64,000 nucleotides of DNA from the NCBI GenBank assembly GCA_041664205.1, contig JBAYLF010000005.1:7063-71062 (forward strand), given 5' to 3'. The notes below the pieces were generated by a model. The model was not told where the DNA came from. It saw only the letters and a list, made by a program, of their open reading frames with translations, and searched no databases. Positions 18,034 through 25,777 of the stretch are shown piece after piece. Each line of letters begins with the position of its first letter. Position 1 is the first letter of the stretch. The translations under genes were made by a program, and so were the position numbers. This stretch comes from Minisyncoccota bacterium. Its GTDB lineage: Bacteria > Patescibacteriota > Minisyncoccia > Phycocordibacterales > JBAYLF01.

Positions 18034-18918
18034 ATGGAAAACGAAAATAAGGACATACAACAAAAAATAAGGGAAATCGAGGAGAAAATGCAGTCTTCTG
18101 ATTTTTGGCAAGATAAGGAGAAGGCACAAGCTTCAGTAAGAGAACTTCAAGATTTAAAGCAGGAAGCAGAAGGTGTGGGTCAGTATGATAAAGGTGGAGC
18201 AATAATTACTGTTTTTTCTGGCGCAGGCGGTGATGATGCAGAGGATTTTTCAAAAATGCTTGTTGAAATGTATCTTAAATATATCCAGAATAAAAAATGG
18301 GAAGTTCAGCTAATTCATGAAAATAAGAATGATCAAGGCGGTTTTAGGAATATTACTTTTGAAGTTCTTGGACATAATGTATATGGCACACTTAAAAATG
18401 AATCAGGAGTTCATCGCTTAGTTAGAATTTCTCCCTTCAATGCAAAGAAATTGCGCCACACATCGTTTTCGCTTGTTGAGGTTATTCCTAAATTTGAAAA
18501 AACAATCGATATAGATATTCCAGAATCTGAACTCGAAGTAAGCTTTGCACGATCAAGCGGGCCGGGCGGTCAGAATGTAAACAAGCGCGAGACCTCCGTG
18601 AGAGTTGTTCATAAGCCTACAAAAATATCTATTCACGTTGAATCAGAAAGATCTCAAGCTCAAAATAAAGAAAAAGCAATACAAATTCTTAAGGGTAAAC
18701 TATATAAAATGAGAGAAGACGAACGTATTGCTAAAGAAAAGGGTATGTATATTTCAAAAACAACAGACATAGAATGGGGAAATCAGATACGTTCATACGT
18801 GCTTCATCCATACAAAATGGTTAAAGACCACAGAACTAATGTAGAAACAGGCGACGTAGAATCGGTTTTGGAAAGAGGAAATTTAGATGAATTTATTGAG
18901 GCTGAAAATAAGCTGTAA
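18034..18918 (+). CDS. prfB: Peptide chain release factor 2 (short N-terminal domain, single ORF with no frameshift)
   Basis: RISPFNAKKLRHTSFSLVEV and SGPGGQNVNK (GGQ motif). 294 aa. I find no upstream in-frame CTT-TGA frameshift site. Confidence 0.8.
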   Translation: MENENKDIQQKIREIEEKMQSSDFWQDKEKAQASVRELQDLKQEAEGVGQYDKGGAIITVFSGAGGDDAEDFSKMLVEMYLKYIQNKKWEVQLIHENKNDQGGFRNITFEVLGHNVYGTLKNESGVHRLVRISPFNAKKLRHTSFSLVEVIPKFEKTIDIDIPESELEVSFARSSGPGGQNVNKRETSVRVVHKPTKISIHVESERSQAQNKEKAIQILKGKLYKMREDERIAKEKGMYISKTTDIEWGNQIRSYVLHPYKMVKDHRTNVETGDVESVLERGNLDEFIEAENKL

Positions 18919-19035
18919 GTGCTATTTATTTGTGCTTATGCAGGCTTTTCTTTCACTACTGATTAGTTGTATAATAGGATTACATTCGTAATAATTTCAC
19001 AAAATAAAAATTGTGAGGTTAATTAACTTGTTATT

Positions 19036-19716
19036 ATGATATATTTCGACAAAGTATCAAAAATTTATCCTGACGGTTCAACTGCGCTTGAAGACGTGAG
19101 TTTTACTATCGAACCGGAAGAATTTGTATCTATAGTTGGGCACTCTGGCGCTGGAAAGACAACTCTTATAAAGATGCTTCTTGCAGAAGAAAAACCGTCA
19201 TCAGGCGGAGTCTTTTTTGAATCAGTTGATGTTCACGATTTGAAAAATAAAGAAATAAATAATCTTCGTAGGCGCATCGGCACCGTATTTCAGGATTTTA
19301 AATTATTACCGCACAAAACAGCTTATGAAAATATTGCCTTTGCTATGGAAGTTGCAGGAAAGACCGAAGAAGAAATAGCCGCAGATGTTCCACATGTTCT
19401 TGATTTAGTTGATCTTGGAGATAAAATGCTAAATTTCCCTCATCAACTTTCTGGTGGAGAGAAGCAACGAGTTGCAATCGCACGTGCTATCGTCAATCAT
19501 CCAGATATTGTCATTGCAGACGAACCAACTGGAAACTTAGATCCTGTAAATACTCAAGATGTAATCAGATTGCTAAAAAAAATAAACGATCTTGGAACAA
19601 CAGTTATTTTAACTACTCACAACAAGGGCGTGATCGACTCTCTTGGCAAACGAGTGGTTACTATTGAAAAAGGAAAAGTTGTTAGAGATGATAAAAAGGG
19701 TCATTACATTTTATAA
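19036..19716 (+). CDS. ftsE: Cell division ABC ATPase FtsE
   Basis: Walker A GHSGAGKTT. ABC signature LSGGEKQRVAIARA. 226 aa, upstream of ftsX. Confidence 0.9.
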   Translation: MIYFDKVSKIYPDGSTALEDVSFTIEPEEFVSIVGHSGAGKTTLIKMLLAEEKPSSGGVFFESVDVHDLKNKEINNLRRRIGTVFQDFKLLPHKTAYENIAFAMEVAGKTEEEIAADVPHVLDLVDLGDKMLNFPHQLSGGEKQRVAIARAIVNHPDIVIADEPTGNLDPVNTQDVIRLLKKINDLGTTVILTTHNKGVIDSLGKRVVTIEKGKVVRDDKKGHYIL

Positions 19717-19736
19717 TAAAATCAACAAATAAAATT

Positions 19737-20663
19737 ATGCTTTGGGTAAAAATAAAACGTGGTATAAAATCTGGTCTAATAAGCTTTTTACGTAATGGCT
19801 ATGTATCATTGGCAGCTATACTCATAATGGTTATTACTCTTTTTATGATCAGCGGTATCATATTTGCTAAAGCCACATTTGAATCAACCCTCGATGTAGT
19901 AAAAAATAAAGTTGACATAAACATATATTTTATTCCTGAAGCGCCTGAAGATGATATTATCGCAATTAAAAAACAAATAGAAAATTTACCAGAAGTTTCT
20001 AAAGTAGATTACATTTCTCGCCAAGATGTTTTAGACAATTTCAAAACAGCTCACGCAGATGACGAGACCAACCTACAGGCTCTTCAAGAGCTTCCAGATA
20101 ATCCATTTGGAGCAAGGCTCAATATAAAAGCCAAAGAGCCTTCACAATATGCAGGAGTTGCCACTTTCTTGGAAAATCAGCATCTTCTATCGAAAGATGG
20201 AATACCGATAGTTGAAAAAGTAAATTACCAAAAAAATAAGCTCGTTATTGACAGACTATCTAACTTCATTAATTCCGCCGATAGAATAGGATACTTTCTA
20301 ACTCTTTTATTTATCATTGTTTCAATAGCTATTACTTTCAACACTATCCGACTCGCCATTTTTATTTCTAAGGACGAAATCGCAGTTATGAAGCTTGTGG
20401 GGGCTAGCAATAGATATATCAGATGGCCTTTTGTTGTGAGTGGTGTGGTGTATGGCTTTCTATCAGCACTCATAGTTCTTATTCTGCTTTATCCGATTAC
20501 ATTCTGGCTGGGGCCCAAGACGCAGGACTTTTTTGCAGGTATGAATGTATTTAAGTATTACGCTTCAAATTTTGGACAAATCTTTCTTATACTAATGAGC
20601 TCTGGAATCTTTATAGGAGCCATCTCAAGTTATCTAGCAGTTAGAAAACATCTAAAGGTCTAA
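19737..20663 (+). CDS. ftsX: Cell division permease-like protein FtsX
   Basis: Four-TM FtsX topology with a large first extracellular loop. Immediately downstream of ftsE. Confidence 0.85.
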   Translation: MLWVKIKRGIKSGLISFLRNGYVSLAAILIMVITLFMISGIIFAKATFESTLDVVKNKVDINIYFIPEAPEDDIIAIKKQIENLPEVSKVDYISRQDVLDNFKTAHADDETNLQALQELPDNPFGARLNIKAKEPSQYAGVATFLENQHLLSKDGIPIVEKVNYQKNKLVIDRLSNFINSADRIGYFLTLLFIIVSIAITFNTIRLAIFISKDEIAVMKLVGASNRYIRWPFVVSGVVYGFLSALIVLILLYPITFWLGPKTQDFFAGMNVFKYYASNFGQIFLILMSSGIFIGAISSYLAVRKHLKV

Positions 20664-20737
20664 CTCTACTTTAAACAGTTTTTAAATTTAACTGCGCAAA
20701 GAGAGTTTAGCGCATTGTAATTTTTTAATTCAATCAA

Positions 20738-21766
20738 ATGACATATAAAAAAATAATAATATTTTATATTTTCACGATATCAGTATTCTTTAGTTTTTTT
20801 GCTATACGTTTTCCGTATGTTTTTGGAATTCGTGCTGATCAAGGAGCCTCATTGGCAGATTCTTCTTTAGATGTATCTGATGGATCAAGTAATGCAAATA
20901 AATCTGGGAATGATAGTTTATCATCTTATGACGGAAAGCCTCTAACTGTTCTTATTGCAGGCGATGTTATGTTTGATAGATACATAAGAAGAAGCTCTGA
21001 ACAAAGAGGAGGGGACTATATTTTTTCATGCGTGAATTATCTGCTTACAAGTAGCGATATAGCTTTAGCTAATCTTGAGGGTCCGATAACTTCAAACGAT
21101 TCTTTAAGCCGTTCAACTCACGAAGGTGATAATCACAATACAACTTTCACATTTGCTACTTCAACTGCACAACTTTTGATTGAAAATAATATAAAAATTG
21201 TAAGCATAGGCAACAATCATATTTTAAATTTTGGAAAAGATGGTCTTTTAGAAACAAGAAATTGGCTTAATGGCGCAGGGGTAAGATTTTTCGGAGATCC
21301 TTACGATGACAATTATAAAGAGTTTCAAATGATGACAAAAAAGATTTTTTTAACTTTTATTAATTACAACGAGTTCGGAGGCGATAAAAAAGAGCGGGTT
21401 TTAGAAAGAATAAAAGAAGCTTCAAAGCTTGGAGGAATTGTAATTGTTTATACTCATTGGGGAGATGAATATTTACCTGTTCCACCGCGTGTAAAAGATT
21501 TGGCACGTCAGTTTGTTGATGCTGGTGCTGATATTGTTGTTGGCTCGCATCCTCATATTGTGCAGGAAAACGAAACATATAAAGGCAAAAAAATTTATTA
21601 CTCGCTAGGTAATTTTATCTTTGATCAGTATTTTGACGATAATGTTATGGAGGGTTTGACGTTGCGTCTGACAATAAATCAAGATCGATCAATTGATGTT
21701 CAAGAAATTCCAGTTCAGCTCGAAAAAGACGGCAGAACCTGCATTAAAGGCCTGCACACATGGTAA
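20738..21766 (+). CDS. CapA/PGA_cap family metallophosphatase (capsule biosynthesis-like)
   Basis: N-terminal TM. LIAGDVMFDR... and IVSIGNNHILNFG match CapA motifs. Confidence 0.7.
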   Translation: MTYKKIIIFYIFTISVFFSFFAIRFPYVFGIRADQGASLADSSLDVSDGSSNANKSGNDSLSSYDGKPLTVLIAGDVMFDRYIRRSSEQRGGDYIFSCVNYLLTSSDIALANLEGPITSNDSLSRSTHEGDNHNTTFTFATSTAQLLIENNIKIVSIGNNHILNFGKDGLLETRNWLNGAGVRFFGDPYDDNYKEFQMMTKKIFLTFINYNEFGGDKKERVLERIKEASKLGGIVIVYTHWGDEYLPVPPRVKDLARQFVDAGADIVVGSHPHIVQENETYKGKKIYYSLGNFIFDQYFDDNVMEGLTLRLTINQDRSIDVQEIPVQLEKDGRTCIKGLHTW

Positions 21767-21795
21767 TTGAGAACTTTTCAAGGATTAGTGAAGAT

Positions 21796-21960
21796 TAGTG
21801 AATAAGATAGTTTAGCGCTGCGCCTACATAGTAAGGCCAAATAGCTATAGCTAAAACTCCTTGCCAGAAGGATAGTTTTAAAAATCCTATAGTAAATAGC
21901 CATGCTCCTAACCACAAACCTCCTGAAAATACGTTATTTTCGATTTTTATTTTTTCCATA
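21796..21960 (-). CDS. Small two-TM hypothetical protein (54 aa)
   Basis: Minus-strand ORF MEKIKIENNVFSGGLWLGAWLFTIGFLKLSFWQGVLAIAIWPYYVGAALNYLIH. Below the 60-aa ORF-track cutoff. Confidence 0.3.
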
Positions 21961-22029
21961 TAATTGTATTTTAATTAGTTATCTTTAATAAATCAATATT
22001 GTTTTATGCTGAAACTTGATGCGGTCTAA

Positions 22030-23046
22030 TTATTTTAACGAAAAGATTGGCACACTTATTCCTTTTTCATTATGCTGTTTTTGCTTTTCAAAATAATCTT
22101 TAAACTTCGAACTAGCATCACTTAATCTACAAACGCCATGCGAAGACATGAACTTTGGATCTGTGTGCCTGAATTTTTTATGAGTTATCTCATTTTCAGT
22201 AGATGAGAATAACATTTTCTTTTTTGAAAGAATCTTTAGAATAGCTTTGATTTCTGGATTTTTTGTTTTTAAAAGCTTCTTAATAACATGCTGATCATTT
22301 TCAGAAAAGTCAGCCAGATTTATTGTGCCTTCTTTAATAGCGAGCTTTAATGCATGAGAAAATAATTTATATCTTGAGACTGCTTCAAAACCACCCCAAT
22401 GATCTTTTTGTAATTTCAAAAAGTTTGTGGCAAAAATATATGCGGAATTTTTATCTTTAAATATCATTTCATTATTATTATTCATAAGCGATTTGAATAA
22501 TAATTTAGCAACAGGAATAGGTAATTCTCTTAAGGCATAATCAACTCTATCTGCACACAGATCAGGCGGATCTTTCTCAAGTAGCGAGAAATTATGATAA
22601 TTAGATATTATTCTTGAACTGGAGTCGTATTTTTCAAGGATATTTTTTATTTCTTCAGAATTGATTATTTTTTTATGATGATTGTCCTGATATGATTCAC
22701 CGCAAGCTTCGTTGCCGATAACCCAATCTATAATATGAGAAAAAGCGGTATGCGATACATCATGAAGCAAACCCGCAGCTTGTTCCTCAAGAGATCCTCC
22801 AAGTGTTTTTATTAATATCATAACACCCACAGAATGTTCATATCTGCTAAAACTTTTCAGATGATAATATTTGTCTGGAATTCCAAACTGACTTATTTTT
22901 TTTAGACGTTGAACAATTTTCGATTCCAATAATTCAATAAGTAATGGCTCGGTAATTATGTGAGTCCCGTATATTCTATCTTTGATAATAACTTTTTTTT
23001 GCATATACGTTTTGATATTAGTAGGGTAATGTTGTTTAAATTCCAT
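22030..23046 (-). CDS. HD-domain phosphohydrolase of the SAMHD1/dGTPase-like (dNTP triphosphohydrolase) type, 338 aa
   Basis: DRIYGTHIITEPLLIELLESKIVQRLKKISQ...SRYEHSVGV...LLHDVSHTAFSH...ADRVDYALRE parallels the SAMHD1-family pattern DPIHGxI...FQRLRxIxQLG...RFEHSLGV...HDxGHxPFSH...DxxDYxxRD. Confidence 0.6.
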   Translation of the reverse strand: MEFKQHYPTNIKTYMQKKVIIKDRIYGTHIITEPLLIELLESKIVQRLKKISQFGIPDKYYHLKSFSRYEHSVGVMILIKTLGGSLEEQAAGLLHDVSHTAFSHIIDWVIGNEACGESYQDNHHKKIINSEEIKNILEKYDSSSRIISNYHNFSLLEKDPPDLCADRVDYALRELPIPVAKLLFKSLMNNNNEMIFKDKNSAYIFATNFLKLQKDHWGGFEAVSRYKLFSHALKLAIKEGTINLADFSENDQHVIKKLLKTKNPEIKAILKILSKKKMLFSSTENEITHKKFRHTDPKFMSSHGVCRLSDASSKFKDYFEKQKQHNEKGISVPIFSLK

Positions 23047-23302
23047 TTATATCACCGTCCAGAAACCATTTATCTTTAACTCGGACTAATTTGATTGTCT
23101 CTCCAGATGAAGTTCTACAAATGCCGTATTCGTCAGTTTTTTCAACCAGCTGAAAACAGCCTCTGAAATTGTAATAGTTTGTAAATGAACTATGAGCAAT
23201 TTGTAAGGTGTGTATTTGATAGATTCCAGCAGTAAGAAATACAACAGCTAAAACGATAATAAAGCCAATAGTTTTGCCTGTATAAAATTTCCTTAAGTCC
23301 AT
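23036..23302 (-). CDS. Small membrane-anchored hypothetical protein (88 aa). Overlaps the HD gene start by 11 nt.
   Basis: N-terminal TM IGFIIVLAVVFLTAGIY. AGGAG-like SD and an extended -10 (TTTTATAATAT) upstream on the minus strand. Confidence 0.4.
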   Translation of the reverse strand: MDLRKFYTGKTIGFIIVLAVVFLTAGIYQIHTLQIAHSSFTNYYNFRGCFQLVEKTDEYGICRTSSGETIKLVRVKDKWFLDGDINGI

Positions 23303-23370
23303 ATTTGTTATTGTATCACTCCTAGAACTGTTGACAGAAATAACAAAAGTATATTATAAAAAAGTTTAAC

Positions 23371-23892
23371 TTATTTCACTTTTTTGATGCTTTTCGGAAT
23401 GTTATTAAATAGGGTTTTTTCGATCTCTGGATTGGGCCATAAAACTATTTCCAACGGATCAAATTTGTCATCAATATCTAGGATTAGTTTTCTGATTTCA
23501 CCAGAAAGAGTTCTGATATCCTTCGCATCAGCTTTCATTTGTAATCTAGCCATAATATCAGTTAGTAATTTTTTGTCTTTAATCCAAAGAGATATTTCAA
23601 TCGACATCTGATTTAACTCCTCATAAAAATTTATAAGCTCACTTTTATTCAAATAAGTTGACTCATTACCTCTATATTTTATCCATCTTGCAAACAAACG
23701 AGCAATTGTCTCTGCTTTCTGTCGTTGTAATTGTTGGAATTTATACTCTTCTAATTTTCTATCGTATTCATGTTGAATTGATTTTTCCAACCTCGCTGAT
23801 ACCCACTTAGTTAATAGCCATTGAACCAACCCAAGACAAAAGGCAATAATTAAGCTACTTGTTAAAATTTGAATAAATGTAAGTTGAATCAT
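23371..23892 (-). CDS. Single-pass membrane protein with a helical soluble domain (173 aa); partner of the SIR2-like gene
   Basis: TM LTSSLIIAFCLGLVQWLL followed by a charged helical region. 22 nt downstream of the SIR2-like gene on the same strand. Confidence 0.5.
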   Translation of the reverse strand: MIQLTFIQILTSSLIIAFCLGLVQWLLTKWVSARLEKSIQHEYDRKLEEYKFQQLQRQKAETIARLFARWIKYRGNESTYLNKSELINFYEELNQMSIEISLWIKDKKLLTDIMARLQMKADAKDIRTLSGEIRKLILDIDDKFDPLEIVLWPNPEIEKTLFNNIPKSIKKVK

Positions 23893-23914
23893 CTATGTTA
23901 TTTTTTAACTTTAA

Positions 23915-24814
23915 TTAAAAACATTTTTCAATTAGTTCGATACATGTAGAATATACTTTTATCTCTGTTTCTGGCTTGCCATATTCTTCACTTAGAAATT
24001 TAAGTATATCAGCTTTTTTAGATGTATCTTTAATTGTTACATGAATTTCAGATATTTGATTTTCGAAGTTAATTTTACCAAGATTGACTTGTAAACCTCC
24101 TCCTAAACCAAGAAAATACAATTTTATATTTGAAACATAATTGATTTTAAAGATGGAATGGTTTTTGCTATCATGACAAGAGACCATATTTATATATTCT
24201 CTATTATCACTTTTTATGGTATCTGACTGTGTGTATATTTGGGAGATATCATATAGTTCTTCTTTATATGAAATATGACCATGAGGATGAATAGATTGAA
24301 CATTTACTCCGGATAAGTAACTTAGTCTTGGTTTGTGTGTAAGGCGTCTCTCTTTGTCTGATAAATGTCCAAACTTAAGAAAATTTCTATTTAAAACATT
24401 ATCATAATTATAATTTATAAATGCAATCCGGTGTTCCAAACTGTTTTGTGTGTTATGCAGAATTTTCTCGTTTAGCACTTTTATCCAACCATTATTATTA
24501 TCTTTATATCTCTCATTTAAGATATCCTCCATTATTAAAAAGATATGATCTTCTATTTTATCACCATCGGAATGATGTTTAACCGATTCTTTTGCTATAC
24601 ATTCATCAATAGTGTTATATTCTTTATTTTCACCAATTTTATCTATCCAAGCCAAAATTTCTTTATGATATTTATATCGGACTTCTTTATCACTATTAAT
24701 TTTATCTTTGATTAACTGATCCAGTTCTTTCCATGTAGGTAAACCATACTCTACAGAAGCTCCCGCACCCAAAATTAAGAGATGTTCAATTTTGTTATTA
24801 AGTTCAAATCTCAT
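23915..24814 (-). CDS. SIR2-like (SIR2_2 family) putative NAD+-hydrolase domain protein, 299 aa
   Basis: N-terminal LLILGAGASVEYGLPTWKEL matches the SIR2_2 hallmark FLGAGxSxxxGxPxWxxL. INYNYDNVLN resembles the TTNYDxLLE motif. IHPHGHIS resembles the catalytic KxHG(S) motif. Starts 38 nt downstream of the tRNA 3' end. Confidence 0.6.
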   Translation of the reverse strand: MRFELNNKIEHLLILGAGASVEYGLPTWKELDQLIKDKINSDKEVRYKYHKEILAWIDKIGENKEYNTIDECIAKESVKHHSDGDKIEDHIFLIMEDILNERYKDNNNGWIKVLNEKILHNTQNSLEHRIAFINYNYDNVLNRNFLKFGHLSDKERRLTHKPRLSYLSGVNVQSIHPHGHISYKEELYDISQIYTQSDTIKSDNREYINMVSCHDSKNHSIFKINYVSNIKLYFLGLGGGLQVNLGKINFENQISEIHVTIKDTSKKADILKFLSEEYGKPETEIKVYSTCIELIEKCF

Positions 24815-24852
24815 TTTATTTTATTAGCTTAACTCTTTAGTTATTCGAATTT

Positions 24853-24925
24853 AGCTCAACTCGGCTGCGGGTCAGGGACTCGAACCCCAATTAATCGCTC
24901 CAGAGGCGATCGTCCTACCATTAGA
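24853..24925 (-). tRNA. tRNA-Gln (anticodon CUG). CC of the CCA end is encoded, the A is not.
   Basis: Manual cloverleaf: acceptor TGCGGGT/ACCCGCA (U1-A72, G73 discriminator); D arm GTCT-AATGGTA-GGAC; anticodon stem ATCGC/GCGAT with loop CU-CUG-GA; T loop TTCGAGT. Confidence 0.7.
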
Positions 24926-25062
24926 CGAACCCGCAATATACTTAAAATACTTTAAATTCGGTAATTATTCAAGTAAAACCATTTGTGAGATTTTTTTAAT
25001 TAAAACTCTAATATGATAATATATTTAAAAGGTATCTTATAAATTACTAATTAAAAATTATT

Positions 25063-25704
25063 ATGGAAAAATCATTAGATTCAGAATTAAATCATAAAGA
25101 AGGAGAAAATGAAGAAGAAGTTATTAACTTAGAAGAAAATACTAAAATTTTGGAAGAAATAAAAAGAGGGGATTTTGATCATGTGAACGAATTAACTTCT
25201 CTTGGTAATGATAATGAAATAGCTGAACTTCTTTCAAAACACGAAGGCCCTCTTTATCTTGGAGGTCTTAAATCTATCACTGATGGGCAAGCAGAACTTT
25301 TATCAAAACATGAGGAAGGTCTTTATGAAAGAAAACTTCTTCCACGCCAAGGCGGACTTGATCTTTCTGGGCTTGAATTTATAAACGACATGCAAGCAGA
25401 GTTTTTATCAAAACATGAAGGCGATCTTGATCTTTCAGGACTTAAATCTATTACCGACGAACAGGCGCAGTCTTTTTCAAATCGCAGAGGTGGTTGTCTT
25501 TACCTTGACGGGCTTGATTCTATTACTGATGAGCAAGCCAAGTCTTTAGGATCAAGATCTAATTATTCAGTTTCTCTTAAAGGTCTTGCTTCTATTAATG
25601 ATGAACAAGCAGAGCATCTTTCAAAAATTACTGACCTGACTGTCTCAAAAGAAGTTATTGAACTTATTGTTAGTAAAAAAAATAAAAAACCTCGGGAAAT
25701 ATAA
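25063..25704 (+). CDS. Acidic tandem-repeat protein (213 aa) with about 22-aa repeats L.GL.SITDEQAE.LSKHEG
   Basis: Six or more degenerate 22-aa repeats, mirrored by 66-nt DNA repeats at about 25225-25640. Confidence 0.55.
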   Translation: MEKSLDSELNHKEGENEEEVINLEENTKILEEIKRGDFDHVNELTSLGNDNEIAELLSKHEGPLYLGGLKSITDGQAELLSKHEEGLYERKLLPRQGGLDLSGLEFINDMQAEFLSKHEGDLDLSGLKSITDEQAQSFSNRRGGCLYLDGLDSITDEQAKSLGSRSNYSVSLKGLASINDEQAEHLSKITDLTVSKEVIELIVSKKNKKPREI

Positions 25705-25722
25705 AATAATTTTTAATCAACA

Positions 25723-25757
25723 AAAACCTCCGCAGTTTTGCGGAGGTTTTTGTTTTA
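25723..25757. terminator. Bidirectional terminator AAAACCTCCGCA-gtttt-TGCGGAGGTTTTTGTTTT
   Basis: 12-bp perfect stem flanked by A/T tracts, between convergent genes. Confidence 0.7.
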
Positions 25758-25777
25758 TAAGTATTTTTAGCGGTCGA

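Noticed and set aside
18034-18110. Programmed +1 frameshift site (CUU UGA C) expected at the start of prfB
   Set aside because: I searched the 5' region and upstream 60 nt in all frames. No short upstream ORF or shifty stop context was found. RF2 appears to be a single uninterrupted ORF.
17981-18202. 73-aa minus-strand ORF spanning the PfkB-prfB intergenic region and the prfB start
   Set aside because: It overlaps the conserved RF2 N-terminus in antisense. The region is better explained as divergent promoters.
21767-22029. Direct repeat of the tRNA-Gln 3' end marking the distal island boundary
   Set aside because: Only a 6-nt GCTGCG coincidence was found. No convincing att-site duplication, so island boundaries remain unproven.
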